NCBI GenBank assembly: GCA_964016885.1
Contig: OZ024740.1
Location: 3,596,001 to 3,660,000 of the forward strand
Length of the DNA stretch: 64,000 nt
Direction: 5' to 3'
From: Eledone cirrhosa
Lineage: Eukaryota
The translations under genes were made by a program, and so were the position numbers. Shown here in pieces: positions 41,901 to 53,765 of the stretch (position 1 is its first letter; each line of letters opens with the position of its first letter). The notes below the pieces were generated by a model, which was given only the letters and a program-made list of their open reading frames with translations, was not told the DNA's origin and made no database searches.

Positions 41901-44900
41901 GGACAGTCAGGGGTTTAGAGGACTGTCAGTGGTTTACTGGACAGTCAGGGGTTTAGAGGATGGTCAGTGGTTTACAGGACTGTCAGTGGTTTACTGGACA
42001 GTCAGGGGTGTACTGGACAGTCAGGGGTTTACAGGACTGTCAGTGGTTTACAGGACAGTCAGTGGTTTACTGGACAGTCAGTGGTTTACTGGACAGTCAG
42101 TGGTTTACTGGACAGTTAGTAGTTTACAGGACTGTCAGTGGTTTACTGGACAGTCAGTGGTTTACAGGACTGTCAGTGGTTTACTGGACAGTCAGTGGTT
42201 TACTGGACAGTCAGTGGTTTACTGGACAGTCAGTGGTTTACAGGACTGTCAGTGATTTACAGGACTGTCAGTGGTTTACTGGACAGTCAGTGGTTTACTG
42301 GACAGTCAGTGGTTTACTGGACAGTCAGTGGTTTACAGGACTGTCAGTGGTTTACTGGACAGTCAGGGGTTTACTGGACTGTCAGTGGTTTACTGGACAG
42401 TCAGGGGTTTACTGGACAGTCAGTGGTTTACAGGACTGTCAGTGGTTTACAGGACTGTTAGTGGTTTATTGGACTGTAAGTGGTTTACTGGACCGTCAGG
42501 GGTTTACTGGACAGTCAGTGGTTTACTGGACTGTCAGTGGTTAACAGGACTGTCAGTGGTTTACAGGACTGTCAGTGGTTTACAGGACAGTCAGTGGTTT
42601 ACAGGACTGTCAGTGGTTTACTGGACAGTCAGTGGTTTACTGGACAGTCAGTGGTTTACAGGACTGTCAGTGGTTTACTGGACAGTCAGTGGTTTACAGG
42701 ACTGTCAGTGATTTACAGGACTGTCAGTGGTTTACTGGACAGTCAGTGGTTTACTGGACAGTCAGTGGTTTACTGGACAGTCAGTGGTTTACAGGACAGT
42801 CAGTGGTTTACTGGAGAGTCAGTGGTTTACTGGACTGTCAGTGGTTTACAGGACTGTCAGTGGTTTACTGGACAGTCAGTGGTTTACTGGACAGTCAGTG
42901 GTCTACTGGACAGTCAGTGGTTTACTGGACAGTCAGTGGTTACAGGACCGTCAGTGGTTTACAGGACTGTCAGAGGTTTACTGGACAGTCAGGGGTTTAC
43001 TGGACAGTCATTGCTTACTGGACTGTCAGTGGTTTACTGGACAGTCGGGGGTTTACTGGACTGTCAGTGGTTTACTGGACAGTCAGGGGTTTACTGGACA
43101 GTCAGTGGATTACTGGACAGTCAGTGGTTTACTGTACTGTCAGTGGTTTACTGGACAGTCAGTGGTTTATAGGACAGTCAGTGGTATACAGGACTGTCAG
43201 TGGTTTACAGGACTGTCAGTGGTTTACTGGACAGTCAGTGGTTTACTGGACAGTCAGTGGTTTACAGGACAGTCAGTGGTATACAGGACTGTCAGTGGTT
43301 TACAGGACTGTCAGTGGTTTACAGGACTGTCAGTGGTTTACAGGACTGTCAGTGGTTTACAGGACTGTCAGTGGTTTACAGGACAGTCAGTGGTTTACAG
43401 GACAGTCAGTGGTTTACAGGACAGTCAGTGGTTTACAGGACAGTTAGTAGTTTACAGGACTGTCAGTGGTTTACTGGACAGTCAGTGGTTTACTGGACAG
43501 TCAGTGGTTTACTGGACAGTCAGTGGTTTATTTGACAGTCAGTGGTTTACAGGACTGTCAGTGGTTTACAGGACTGTCAGAGGTTTACTGGACAGTCAGG
43601 GGTTTACTGGACAGTCATTGCTTACTGGACTGTCAGTGGTTTACTGGACAGTCAGGGGTTTACTGGACTGTCAGTGGTTTACTGGACAGTCAGGGGTTTA
43701 CTGGACAGTCAGTGGTTTACAGGACTGTCAGTGGTTTACAGGACTGTTAGTGGTTTATTGGACTGTCAGTGGTTTACTGGACAGTCAGGGGTTTACTGGA
43801 CAGTCAGTGGTTTACTGGACTGTCAGTGGTTAACAGGACTGTCAGTGGTTTACAGGACTGTCAGTGGTTTACAGGACAGTCAGTGGTTTACAGGACTGTC
43901 AGTGGTTTACTGGACAGTCAGTGGTTTACTGGACAGTCAGTGGTTTACAGGACTGTCAGTGGTTTACTGGACAGTCAGTGGTTTACAGGACTGTCAGTGA
44001 TTTACAGGACTGTCAGTGGTTTACTGGACAGTCAGTGGTTTACTGGACAGTCAGTGGTTTACTGGACAGTCAGTGGTTTACAGGACAGTCAGTGGTTTAC
44101 TGGACAGTCAGTGGTTTACTGGACTGTCAGTGGTTTACAGGACTGTCAGTGGTTTACTGGACAGTCAGTGGTTTACTGGACAGTCAGTGGTTTACTGGAC
44201 AGTCAGTGGTTTACTGGACAGTCAGTGGTTACAGGACTGTCAGTGGTTTACAGGACTGTCAGAGGTTTACTGGACAGTCAGGGGTTTACTGGACAGTCAT
44301 TGCTTACTGGACTGTCAGTGGTTTACTGGACAGTCGGGGGTTTACTGGACTGTCAGTGGTTTACTGGACAGTCAGGGGTTTACTGGACAGTCAGGGGTTT
44401 ACTGGACAGTCAGTGGTTTACAGGACTGTCAGTGGTTTACAGGACTGCTAGTGGTTTACTGGACTGTCAGTGGTTTACTGGACAGTCAGGGGTTTACTGG
44501 ACAGTCAGTGGTTTACAGGACTGTCAGTGGTTTACAGGACTGCTAGTGGTTTACTGGACTGTCAGTGGTTTACTGCACAGTCAGGGGTTTACTGGATAGT
44601 CAGTGGTTTACAGGACTGTCAGTGGTTTACAGGACTGTCAGTGGTTTACAGGACTGCTAGTGGTTTACTGGACTGTCAGTGGTTTACTGCACAGTCAGGG
44701 GTTTACTGGATAGTCAGTGGTTTACTGGACTGTCATTGTTTTACAGGACTGTCAGTGGTTTACAGGTCTGTCTGTGGTTTACAGGACTGTCAGTGGTTTA
44801 CAGGACAGTCAGTGGTTTACAGGACTGTCAGTGGTTTACTGGACAGTCAGTGGTTTACTGGACAGTCAGTGGTTTACAGGACTGTCAGTGGTTTACTGGA

Positions 44901-47900
44901 CAGTCAGTGGTTTACTGGACAGTCAGTTGTTTACTGGACAGTCAGTGGTTTACAGGACAGTCAGTGGTTTACAGGACAGTCAGGGGTTTACTGGACAGTC
45001 AGTGGTTTACTGGACAGTCAGTGGTTTACAGGACTGTCAGTGGTTTACAGGACTGTCAGTGGTTTACAGGACAGTCAGTGGTTTACTGGACAGTCAGTGG
45101 TTTACTGGACTGTCAGTGGTTTAGTGGACAGTCAGTGGTTTACTGGAGAGTTAGTGGTTTACAGGACTGTCAGTGGTTTACTGGACAGTCAGTGGTTTAC
45201 AGGACTGTCAGTGGTTTACTGGACAGTCAGCGGTTTACTAGACAGTCAGTGGTTTACTGGAGTTTGTGGTTTACAGGACTGTCAGTGATTTACAGGACTG
45301 TCAGTTGTTTACTGGACAGTCAGTGGTTTACTGGACAGTCAGTGGTTTACTGGACAGTCAGTGGTTTACAGGACTGTCAGTGGTTTACAGGACTGTCAGA
45401 GGTTTACTGGACAGTCAGGGGTTTACTGGACAGTCAGTGGTTTACAGGACAGTCAGTGGTTTACTGGACAGTCAGTGGTTTACAGGACAGTCAGTGGTTT
45501 ACTGGACAGTCAGTGGTTTACAGGACTGTCAGTGGTTTACAGGACTGTCAGTGGTTTACTGGACAGTCAGTGGTTTACTGGACAGTCAGTGGTTTACTGG
45601 ACAGTCAGTGGTTTACAGGACTGTCAGTGGTTTCCAGGACAGTCAGAGGTTTACTGGACAGTCAGGGGTTTACTGGACAGTCAGTGGTTTACTGGACAGT
45701 CAGGGGTTTAGAGGACTGTCAGTGGTTTACTGGACAGTCAGGGGTTTAGAGGATGGTCAGTGGTTTACAGGACTGTCAGTGGTTTACTGGACAGTCAGGG
45801 GTGTACTGGACAGTCAGGGGTTTACAGGACAGTCAGTAGTTTACTGGACAGTCAGTGGTTTACAGGACTGTCAGTGGTTTACAGGACTGTCAGTGGTTTA
45901 CAGGACAGTCAGTGGTTTACTGGACAGTCAGTGGTTTACTGGACAGTCAGGGGTTTAGAGGACTGTCAGTGGTTTACAGGACTGTCAGTGGTTTACAGGA
46001 CAGTCAGTGGTTTACAGGACAGTCAGTGGTTTACTGGACAGTCAGTGGTTTACTGGACAGTCAGGGGTTTACTGGACAGTCAGTGGTTTACAGAACAGTC
46101 AGTGGTTTACTGGACAGTCAGTGGTTTACAGGACTGTCAGAGGTTTACAGGACTGTCAGCGGTTTACAGGACAGTCAGTGGTTTACAGGACTGTCAGTGG
46201 TTTACAGGACTGTCAGTGGTTTACTGGACTGTCAGTGGTTTACAGGATTGTCAGTGGTTTACAGGACTGTCAGTGGTTTACTGGACAGTCAGTGGTTTAC
46301 TGGACAGTCAGTGGTTTACAGGACTGTTAGTGGTTTACTGGACTGTCAGTGGTTTACCGGACTGTTAGTGGTTTACTGGACAGTCAGTGGTTTACTGGAC
46401 AGTCAGTGGTTTACTGGACAGTCAGTGGTTTACAAGACTGTCAGTGGTTTACAGGACTGTCAGTGGTTTACTGGACTGTCAGTGGTTTACAGGACTGTCA
46501 GTGGTTTACTGGACAGTCAGTGGTTTACTGGACAGTCAGTGGTTTACAGGACTGTCAGTGGTTTACAGGACAGTCAGTGGTTTACTGGACAGTCAGTGGT
46601 TTACAAGACCGTCAGTGGTTTACAGGACTGTCAGTAGTTTACTGGACAGTCAGTTGTTTACAGGACTGTCAGTGGTTTACAGGACAGTCAGTGGTTTACA
46701 GGACAGTCAGTGGTTTACAGGACAGTCAGTTGTTTACTGGACAGTCACTGGTTTACAGGACTGTCAGTGGTTTACAGGACAGTCAGTGGTTTACAGGACT
46801 GTCATTGGTTTACAGGACTGTCATTGGTTTACTGGACAGTCAGTGGTTTACAGGACTGTCATTGGTTTACTGGACAGTCACTGGTTTACGGGACTGTCAG
46901 TGGTTTACAGGACAGTCAGTGGTTCACAGGACAGTCAGTGGTTTACAGGACTGTCATTGGTTTACTGCACAGTCAGTGGTTTACAGGACTGTCATTGGTT
47001 TACTGGACAGTCACTGGTTTACAGGACTGTCAGTGGTTTACAGGACAGTCAGTGGTTTACAGGACAGTCAGTGGTTTACAGGACTGTCATTGGTTTACTG
47101 GACAGTCAGTGGTTTACAGGACTGTCATTGGTTTACTGGAAGTCAGTGGTTTATAGGACAGTCAGTGGTTTACAGGACAGTCAGTTGTTTCCTGGACAGT
47201 CACTGGTTTACAGGACTGTCAGTGGTTTACAGGACAGTCAGTGGTTTACAGGACAGTCAGTGGTTTACAGGACTGTCATTGGTTTACTGGACAGTCAGTG
47301 GTTTACAGGACTGTCATTGGCTTACTGGACAGTCAGTGGTTTACAGGACAGTCAGTGGTTTACAGGACAGTCAGTGGTTTACAGGACTGTCAGTGGTTTA
47401 CTGGACAGTCAGTGGTTTAGTTGACAGTCAGTGGTTTACAGGAGTGTTAGTGGTTTACTGGACTGTCAGTGGTTTACTGGACTGTTATTGGTTTACTGGA
47501 CAGTCAGTGGTTTACTGGACAGTCAGTGGTTTACTGGACAGTCAGTGGTTTACTGGACAGTCAGTGGTTTACAAGACTGTCAGTGGTTTACTGGACTGTC
47601 AGTGGTTTACAGGATTGTCAGTGGTTTACAGGACTGTCAGTGGTTTACTGGACAGTCAGTCGTTTACTGGACAGTCAGTGGTTTACAGGACTGTTAGTGG
47701 TTTACTGGACTGTCAGTGGTTTACTGGACTGTTAGTGGTTTACTGGACAGTCAGTGGTTTACTGGACAGTCCGTGGTTTACTGGACAGTCAGTGGTTTAC
47801 TGGACAGTCAGTGGTTTACAAGACTGTCAGTGGTTTACAGGACTGTCAGTGGTTTACTGGACTGTCAGTGGTTTACAGGACTGTCAGTGGTTTACTGGAC

Positions 47901-50900
47901 AGTCAGTGGTTTACTGGACAGTCAGTGGTTTACAGGACTGTCGGTGGTTTACAGGACAGTCAGTGGTTTACTGGACAGTCAGTGGTTTACAAGACCGTCA
48001 GTGGTTTACAGGACTGTCAGTAGTTTACTGGACAGTCAGTTGTTTACAGGACTGTCAGTAGTTTACAGGACAGTCAGTGGGTTACAGGACAGTCAGTTGT
48101 TTACTGGACAGTCACTGGTTTACAGGACTGTCAGTGGTTTACAGGACAGTCAGTGGTTTACTGGACAGTCAGTGGTTTACAGGACTGTCATTCGTTTACT
48201 GGACAGTCAGTGGTTTACAGGACAGTCAGTGGTTTACAGAATAGTCAGTGGTTTACAGGACTGTCATTGGTTTACAGGACTGTCATTGGTTTACTGGACA
48301 GTCAGTGGTTTACAGGACTGTCATTGGTTTACTGGACAGTCACTGGTTTACAGGACTGTCAGTGGTTTACAGGACAGTCAGTGGTTTACAGGACAGTCAG
48401 TGGTTTACAGGACTGTCATTGGGTTTCTGGACAGTCAGTGGTTTACAGGACTGTCATTGGTTTACTGGACAGTCACTGGTTTACAGGACTGTCAGTGGTT
48501 TACAGGACAGTCAGTGGTTTACAGGACTGTCAGTGGTTTACAAGACTGTCAGTGGTTTACTGGACTGTCAGTGGTTTACAGGATTGTCAGTGGTTTACAG
48601 GACTGTCAGTGGTTTACTGGACAGTCAGGGGTTTACTGGACAGTAAGGGGTTTACAGGACAGTCAGTGGTTTACTGGACAGTCAGTGGTTTACAGGACTG
48701 TCAGTGGTTTACAGGACTGTCAGTGGTTTACAGGACAGTCAGTGGTTTACTGAACAGTCAGTGGTTTACTGGACAGTCAGGGGTTTAGAGGACTGTCAGT
48801 GGTTTACAGGACTGTCAGTGGTTTACAGGACAGTCAGTGGTTTACAGGACAGTCAGTGGTTTACTGGACAGTCAGTGGTTTACTGGACAGTCAGTGGTTT
48901 ACTGGACAGTCAGTGGTTTACAAGACTGTCAGTGGTTTACAGGACTGTCAGTGGTTTACTGGACTGTCAGTGGTTTACAGGACAGTCAGTGGTTTACAGA
49001 ATAGTCAGTGGTTTACAGGACTGTCATTGGTTTACAGGACTGTCATTGGTTTACTGGACAGTCAGTGGTTTACAGGACTGTCATTGGTTTACTGGACAGT
49101 CACTGGTTTACAGGACTGTCAGTGGTTTACAGGACAGTCAGTGGTTTACAGGACAGTCAGTGGTTTACAGGACTGTCATTGGGTTTCTGGACAGTCAGTG
49201 GTTTACAGGACTGTCATTGGTTTACTGGACAGTCACTGGTTTACAGGACTGTCAGTGGTTTACAGGACAGTCAGTGGTTTACAGGACTGTCAGTGGTTTA
49301 CAAGACTGTCAGTGGTTTACTGGACTGTCAGTGGTTTACAGGATTGTCAGTGGTTTACAGGACTGTCAGTGGTTTACTGGACAGTCAGGGGTTTACTGGA
49401 CAGTAAGGGGTTTACAGGACAGTCAGTGGTTTACTGGACAGTCAGTGGTTTACAGGACTGTCAGTGGTTTACAGGACTGTCAGTGGTTTACAGGACAGTC
49501 AGTGGTTTACTGAACAGTCAGTGGTTTACTGGACAGTCAGGGGTTTAGAGGACTGTCAGTGGTTTACAGGACTGTCAGTGGTTTACAGGACAGTCAGTGG
49601 TTTACAGGACAGTCAGTGGTTTACTGGACAGTCAGTGGTTTACTGGACAGTCAGTGGTTTACTGGACAGTCAGTGGTTTACAAGACTGTCAGTGGTTTAC
49701 AGGACTGTCAGTGGTTTACTGGACTGTCAGTGGTTTACAGGACTGTCAGTGGTTTACTGGACAGTCAGTGGTTTACAGGACTGTCAGTGGTTTACAGGAC
49801 AGTCAGTGGTTTACTGGACAGTCAGTGGTTTAGATGACCGTCAGTGGTTTACAGGACTGTCAGTAGTTTACTGGACAGTCAGTTGTTTACAGGACTGTCA
49901 GTGGTTTACAGGACAGTCAGTGGTTTACAGGACAGTCAGTGGTTTACAGGACAGTCAGTTGTTTACTGGACAGTCACTGGTTTACAGGACTGTCAGTGGT
50001 TTACAGGACAGTCAGTGGTTTACAGGACTGTCATTGGTTTACTGGACAGTCAGTGGTTTACAGGACTGTCATTGGTTTACTGGAGAGTCACTGGTTTACA
50101 GGACTGTCAGTGGTTTACAGGACAGTCAGTGGTTTACAGGACTGTCAGTGGTTTACTGGACAGTCAGTGGTTTACAGGACTGTCAGTGGTTTACTGGACA
50201 GTCAGTGGTTTACAGGACTGTCAGTGGTTTACTGGACAGTCAGTGGTTTACAGGACTGTCATTGGTTTACTGGACAGTCAGTGGTTTACAGGACTGTCAT
50301 TGGTTTACTGGACAGTCACTGGTTTACAGGACTGTCAGTGATTTACAGGACAGTCAGTGGTTTACAGGACAGTCAGTGGTTTACAGGACTGTCATTGGTT
50401 TACTGGACAGTCATTGGTTTACAGGACTGTCATTGGTTTACTGGACAGTCAGTGGTTTACAGGACAGTCAGTGGTTTACAGGACAGTCAGTGGTTTACAG
50501 GACTGTCAGTGGTTTACTGGACAGTCAGTGGTTTACTGGACAGTCAGTGGTTTACAGGACTGTTAGTGGTTTACTGGACTGTCAGTGGTTTACTGGACTG
50601 TTAGTGGTTTACTGGACAGTCAGTGGTTTACTGGACAGTCAGTGGTTTACTGGACAGTCAGTGGTTTACTGGACAGTCAGTGGTTTACAAGACTGTCAGT
50701 GGTTTACTGGACTGTCAGTGGTTTACATGATTGTCAGTGGTTTACAGGACTGTCAGTGGTTTACTGGACAGTCAGTGGTTTACTGGACAGTCCGTGGTTT
50801 ACAGGACAGTCAGTGGTTTACTGGACAGTCACTGGTTTACAGGACTGTCAGTGGTTTACAGGACAGTCAGTGGTTTACAGGACAGTCAGTGGTTTACAGG

Positions 50901-51611
50901 ACTGTCATTGGTTTACTGGACAGTCAGTGGTTTACAGGACTGTCATTGGTTTACTGGACAGTCACTGGTTTACAGGACTGTCAGTGGTTTACAGGACAGT
51001 CAGTGGTTTACAGGACAGTCAGTGGTTTACAGGACTGTCATTGGTTTACTGGACAGTCAGTGGTTTACAGGACTGTCATTGGTTTACTGGACAGTCAGTG
51101 GTTTACAGGACAGTCAGTGGTTTACAGGACAGTCAGTGGTTTACAGGACAGTCAGTGGTTTACAGGACAGTCAGTTGTTTACTGGACAGTCACTGGTTTA
51201 CAGGACTGTCAGTGGTTTACAGGACAGTCAGTGGTTTACAGGACAGTCAGTGGTTTACAGGACTGTCATTGGTTTACTGGACAGTCAGTGGTTTACAGGA
51301 CAGTCAGTGGTTTACAGGACAGTCAGTGGTTTACAGGACTGTCATTGGTTTACTGGACAGTCAGTGGTTTACAGGACAGTCAGTGGTTTACAGGACAGTC
51401 AGTGGTTTACAAGACTGTCAGTGGTTTACAGGACTGTCAGTGGTTTACTGGACAGTCAGTGGTTTACTGGACTGTCAGTGGTTTACTGGACAGTCAGTGG
51501 TTTACTGGACTGTCAGTGGTTTACTGGACTGTCAGTGGTTTACTGGACAGTCAGTGGGCATTTGTGGGTTCAACAAGAACAGTAATGTTGGTCAGCGCCC
51601 AATCTTTAGTA

Positions 51612-51955
51612 ACACATACACACACACACACACACATACACACACATTTTCAGATAAATACACAAACAGATACAGTTACACACATACACATACATACTTA
51701 AACATACATACACACATATATATATACACAAATACACATACTTACACACATACCTATGTAGATACACATACACACATTTTCAGATAAATTTGCACACAGA
51801 TACAGTTGCAAATATATACACACATACATATACACATAAGTATACATGCATACATACAGAAACACACATTTGAAGACATATACATACAGATGATCACACA
51901 CACACACACACACACATACATACACACACACACACACATATACACGCACATAAAA
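51612..51955. repeat. Degenerate (CA/TA)n compound microsatellite with an internal ~130-bp duplication
   Basis: CA/TA alternation; cacacattttcagataaat...cagatacagtt occurs at ~51641 and ~51771. Confidence 0.9.
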
Positions 51956-52011
51956 CAAATATTACAAGTAAATTTAAAAAAAGAAGTACGCCCCACCCTC
52001 TAAATAAATCT

Positions 52012-52038
52012 AAGAAGAAGAAGAAGAAGAAAAAGAAA

Positions 52039-52068
<30 letters not shown>
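52012..52068. repeat. (GAA)n microsatellite
   Basis: Direct read. Confidence 0.97.
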
Positions 52069-52069
<1 letters not shown>

Positions 52070-52285
52070 GTATGTTTCTAAAATGAAACAATTAATTCCT
52101 TCATTTAAAACTCAATATTGAAAAATTTGGGGAAAATCTTTGTAAAGAAGTGCCAGAATTATGGAAAATAGTGGAACTAAAGAGTTTAGTGGGAAATTAT
52201 GTTTTTTTTATAATTGTTTGTTTTTGTGATTTTCTCATTAAACTATAATCCTGAGAAAAGTTGTTAAAATGTGACTCAGATAAGA

Positions 52286-52391
52286 AAACAATGACAACAA
52301 CAACACCAATAACAACATCAATGACAAGAATAGCACAGGTGACAAGAATAGCAATAACAAAGATACCTTCAACAACAACAACCATAACAAT

Positions 52392-52423
<32 letters not shown>

Positions 52424-52617
52424 TAACAACATCAATAACAACAAAAACAATGACAACAACAACAACATCAATAACAACAACAATGACAACAACAACATCA
52501 ATAACAACATCAATGACAACAACAACAACAATGACAACATCAATAAAACAACAACAACAATGACAATAACAACAATACCAACAACAACATCAATAACAAC
52601 AACAATGACACCACAAT
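52286..52617. repeat. (CAA)n-based degenerate trinucleotide repeat
   Basis: acaacaacatcaataacaacaacaatg-type cryptic repeats. Confidence 0.93.
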
Positions 52618-52674
52618 AGGGGATGTAACTAAGTAACACAAGAGACACTAATTGTTCTGGCCCCCACCCTCACA

Positions 52675-52898
52675 ACAATGGTTTCTATAGTTGGTACCAG
52701 GCCAGCAATTTGAAAGGAAAGGAATTGTTGATTAAATTTACCTCAGTGCATTACTGGTACATTATTTTATTGATCTCATAAGGATGAAGGGCATAGCTAA
52801 CCTTGGTGGCATTTGAACACAGTACGTAAAGGGTCGTAACTCTATGTTGCAAAGTATTTTGTCTGATGCTCTACTGATTCTGCCAATCCACTGCCCTC
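52675..52898 (-). mobile_element. tRNA-derived SINE (same family as the copies at 56.2-58.1 and 61.6 kb)
   Basis: The reverse complement has an A-box-like head (ggcagtggattggcag), B-box-like gtgttcaaatgcc and the family core ctatgcccttcatcctt...aataaaataatgtaccagtaatgcactg. Confidence 0.8.
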
Positions 52899-52901
52899 AA
52901 A

Positions 52902-53090
52902 ATAATAATTCTTTCTAGCATTGGCAATTTGGGGGAAGGGGAGAGCCAATCATACTGACCCTAGTTCATGACTGGTACTTCATTTTATTGACCTCGGCAG
53001 GATAAAAAGCAAAGTTAACCTCAGTGGGATTTGAACTCAGAACATAAAGGGTTGTAACTTAATGCCACACACTTATTTTATCCTGTAGCT
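52902..53090 (-). mobile_element. tRNA-derived SINE, same family, 5'-decayed
   Basis: The reverse complement has gagttcaaatccc, gaggttaactttgc, ggtcaataaaatgaagtaccag and an (ATT) tail. Confidence 0.78.
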
Positions 53091-53101
53091 TAATGATTCT
53101 T

Positions 53102-53631
53102 CCACTCCACCACCACCACTATCACCACCACCACCACTATAACCACCACCACTATCACCACCACCACCACCACCACTATCACCACCACCACTATCACCAC
53201 CACCACCACCACCACTATCACCACCACCACTATCACCACCACCACCACCACTATCACCACCACCACCACCACTATCACCACCACCACCACCACCACTATC
53301 ACCACCACCACCACCACCATCACCACCACCACCACCACCACCACCACCACCACTACCACAACCACTACCACCACGACCACCACCACCACAATCATCATCA
53401 CCACCAACACCATCACCACCACCACCACCACCACCACTACCACAACCACTACCACCACGACCACCACCACCACAATCATCATCACCACCAACACCACCAC
53501 CACCACCACCACCACCACCACCACTACCACAACCACTACCACCACGACCACCACCACCACAATCATCATCACCACCAACACCACCACCACCACCACCACT
53601 ACTACTACCACCACCATCACCACCACCACCA
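53102..53631. repeat. (CAC)n compound microsatellite with three 84-87-bp higher-order units
   Basis: Marker cactaccacaaccactaccaccacgacc at 53351, 53435 and 53522. Confidence 0.95.
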
Positions 53632-53765
53632 ACGTAGTGTAGATGTAAATATTTGCTGCATACTATGTACAGTCTGAATGGGTGTCACAAATTCAAATAA
53701 CCTTAGAAGTAAATCTTATAAATAAACTTAATGACAAAAACTAATTTATAATTATGTTCACAAAG

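Larger units (their letters stand above)
1..51557. repeat. Giant 19-bp minisatellite/satellite array, consensus GGACWGTCAGTGGTTTACW, ~2,700 units, truncated by the left window edge
   Basis: Read directly: head-to-tail unit with W = A/T at two positions plus scattered point variants and occasional 17/18/20-bp units. It ends abruptly at ...ggacagtcagtgg|gcatttgtg (~51557). I saw no foreign insertion inside it. Confidence 0.99.

Noticed and set aside
1-51557. CRISPR array or other prokaryotic repeat system
   Set aside because: Units are directly adjacent with no unique spacers, there are no cas genes, and the flank is plainly eukaryotic.
1-51557. Telomerase-made long telomeric repeat
   Set aside because: The G/T-rich strand runs toward the internal flank, opposite to telomere polarity if the chromosome end were on the left. 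Kb-scale duplicated variant patterns indicate recombination rather than templated synthesis.
69-51787. Hundreds of + strand ORFs with a W/Y/V/S-rich 19-aa repeat
   Set aside because: They overlap in all three frames with the same peptide, start mostly at GTG, and end at random variant stops. They are a by-product of a stop-free 19-bp unit.
52197-52648. Poly-Leu/Thr/Val ORFs and a possible minus-strand acceptor (ttttctcag|GATTATAGT, DYSLMRKSQKQTIIKKT*)
   Set aside because: The ORFs are microsatellite translations. The acceptor-like site has no recognisable protein similarity or partner exon.
53090-53677. Poly-His / poly-Val ORFs
   Set aside because: Translations of the (CAC)n microsatellite with no coding context.
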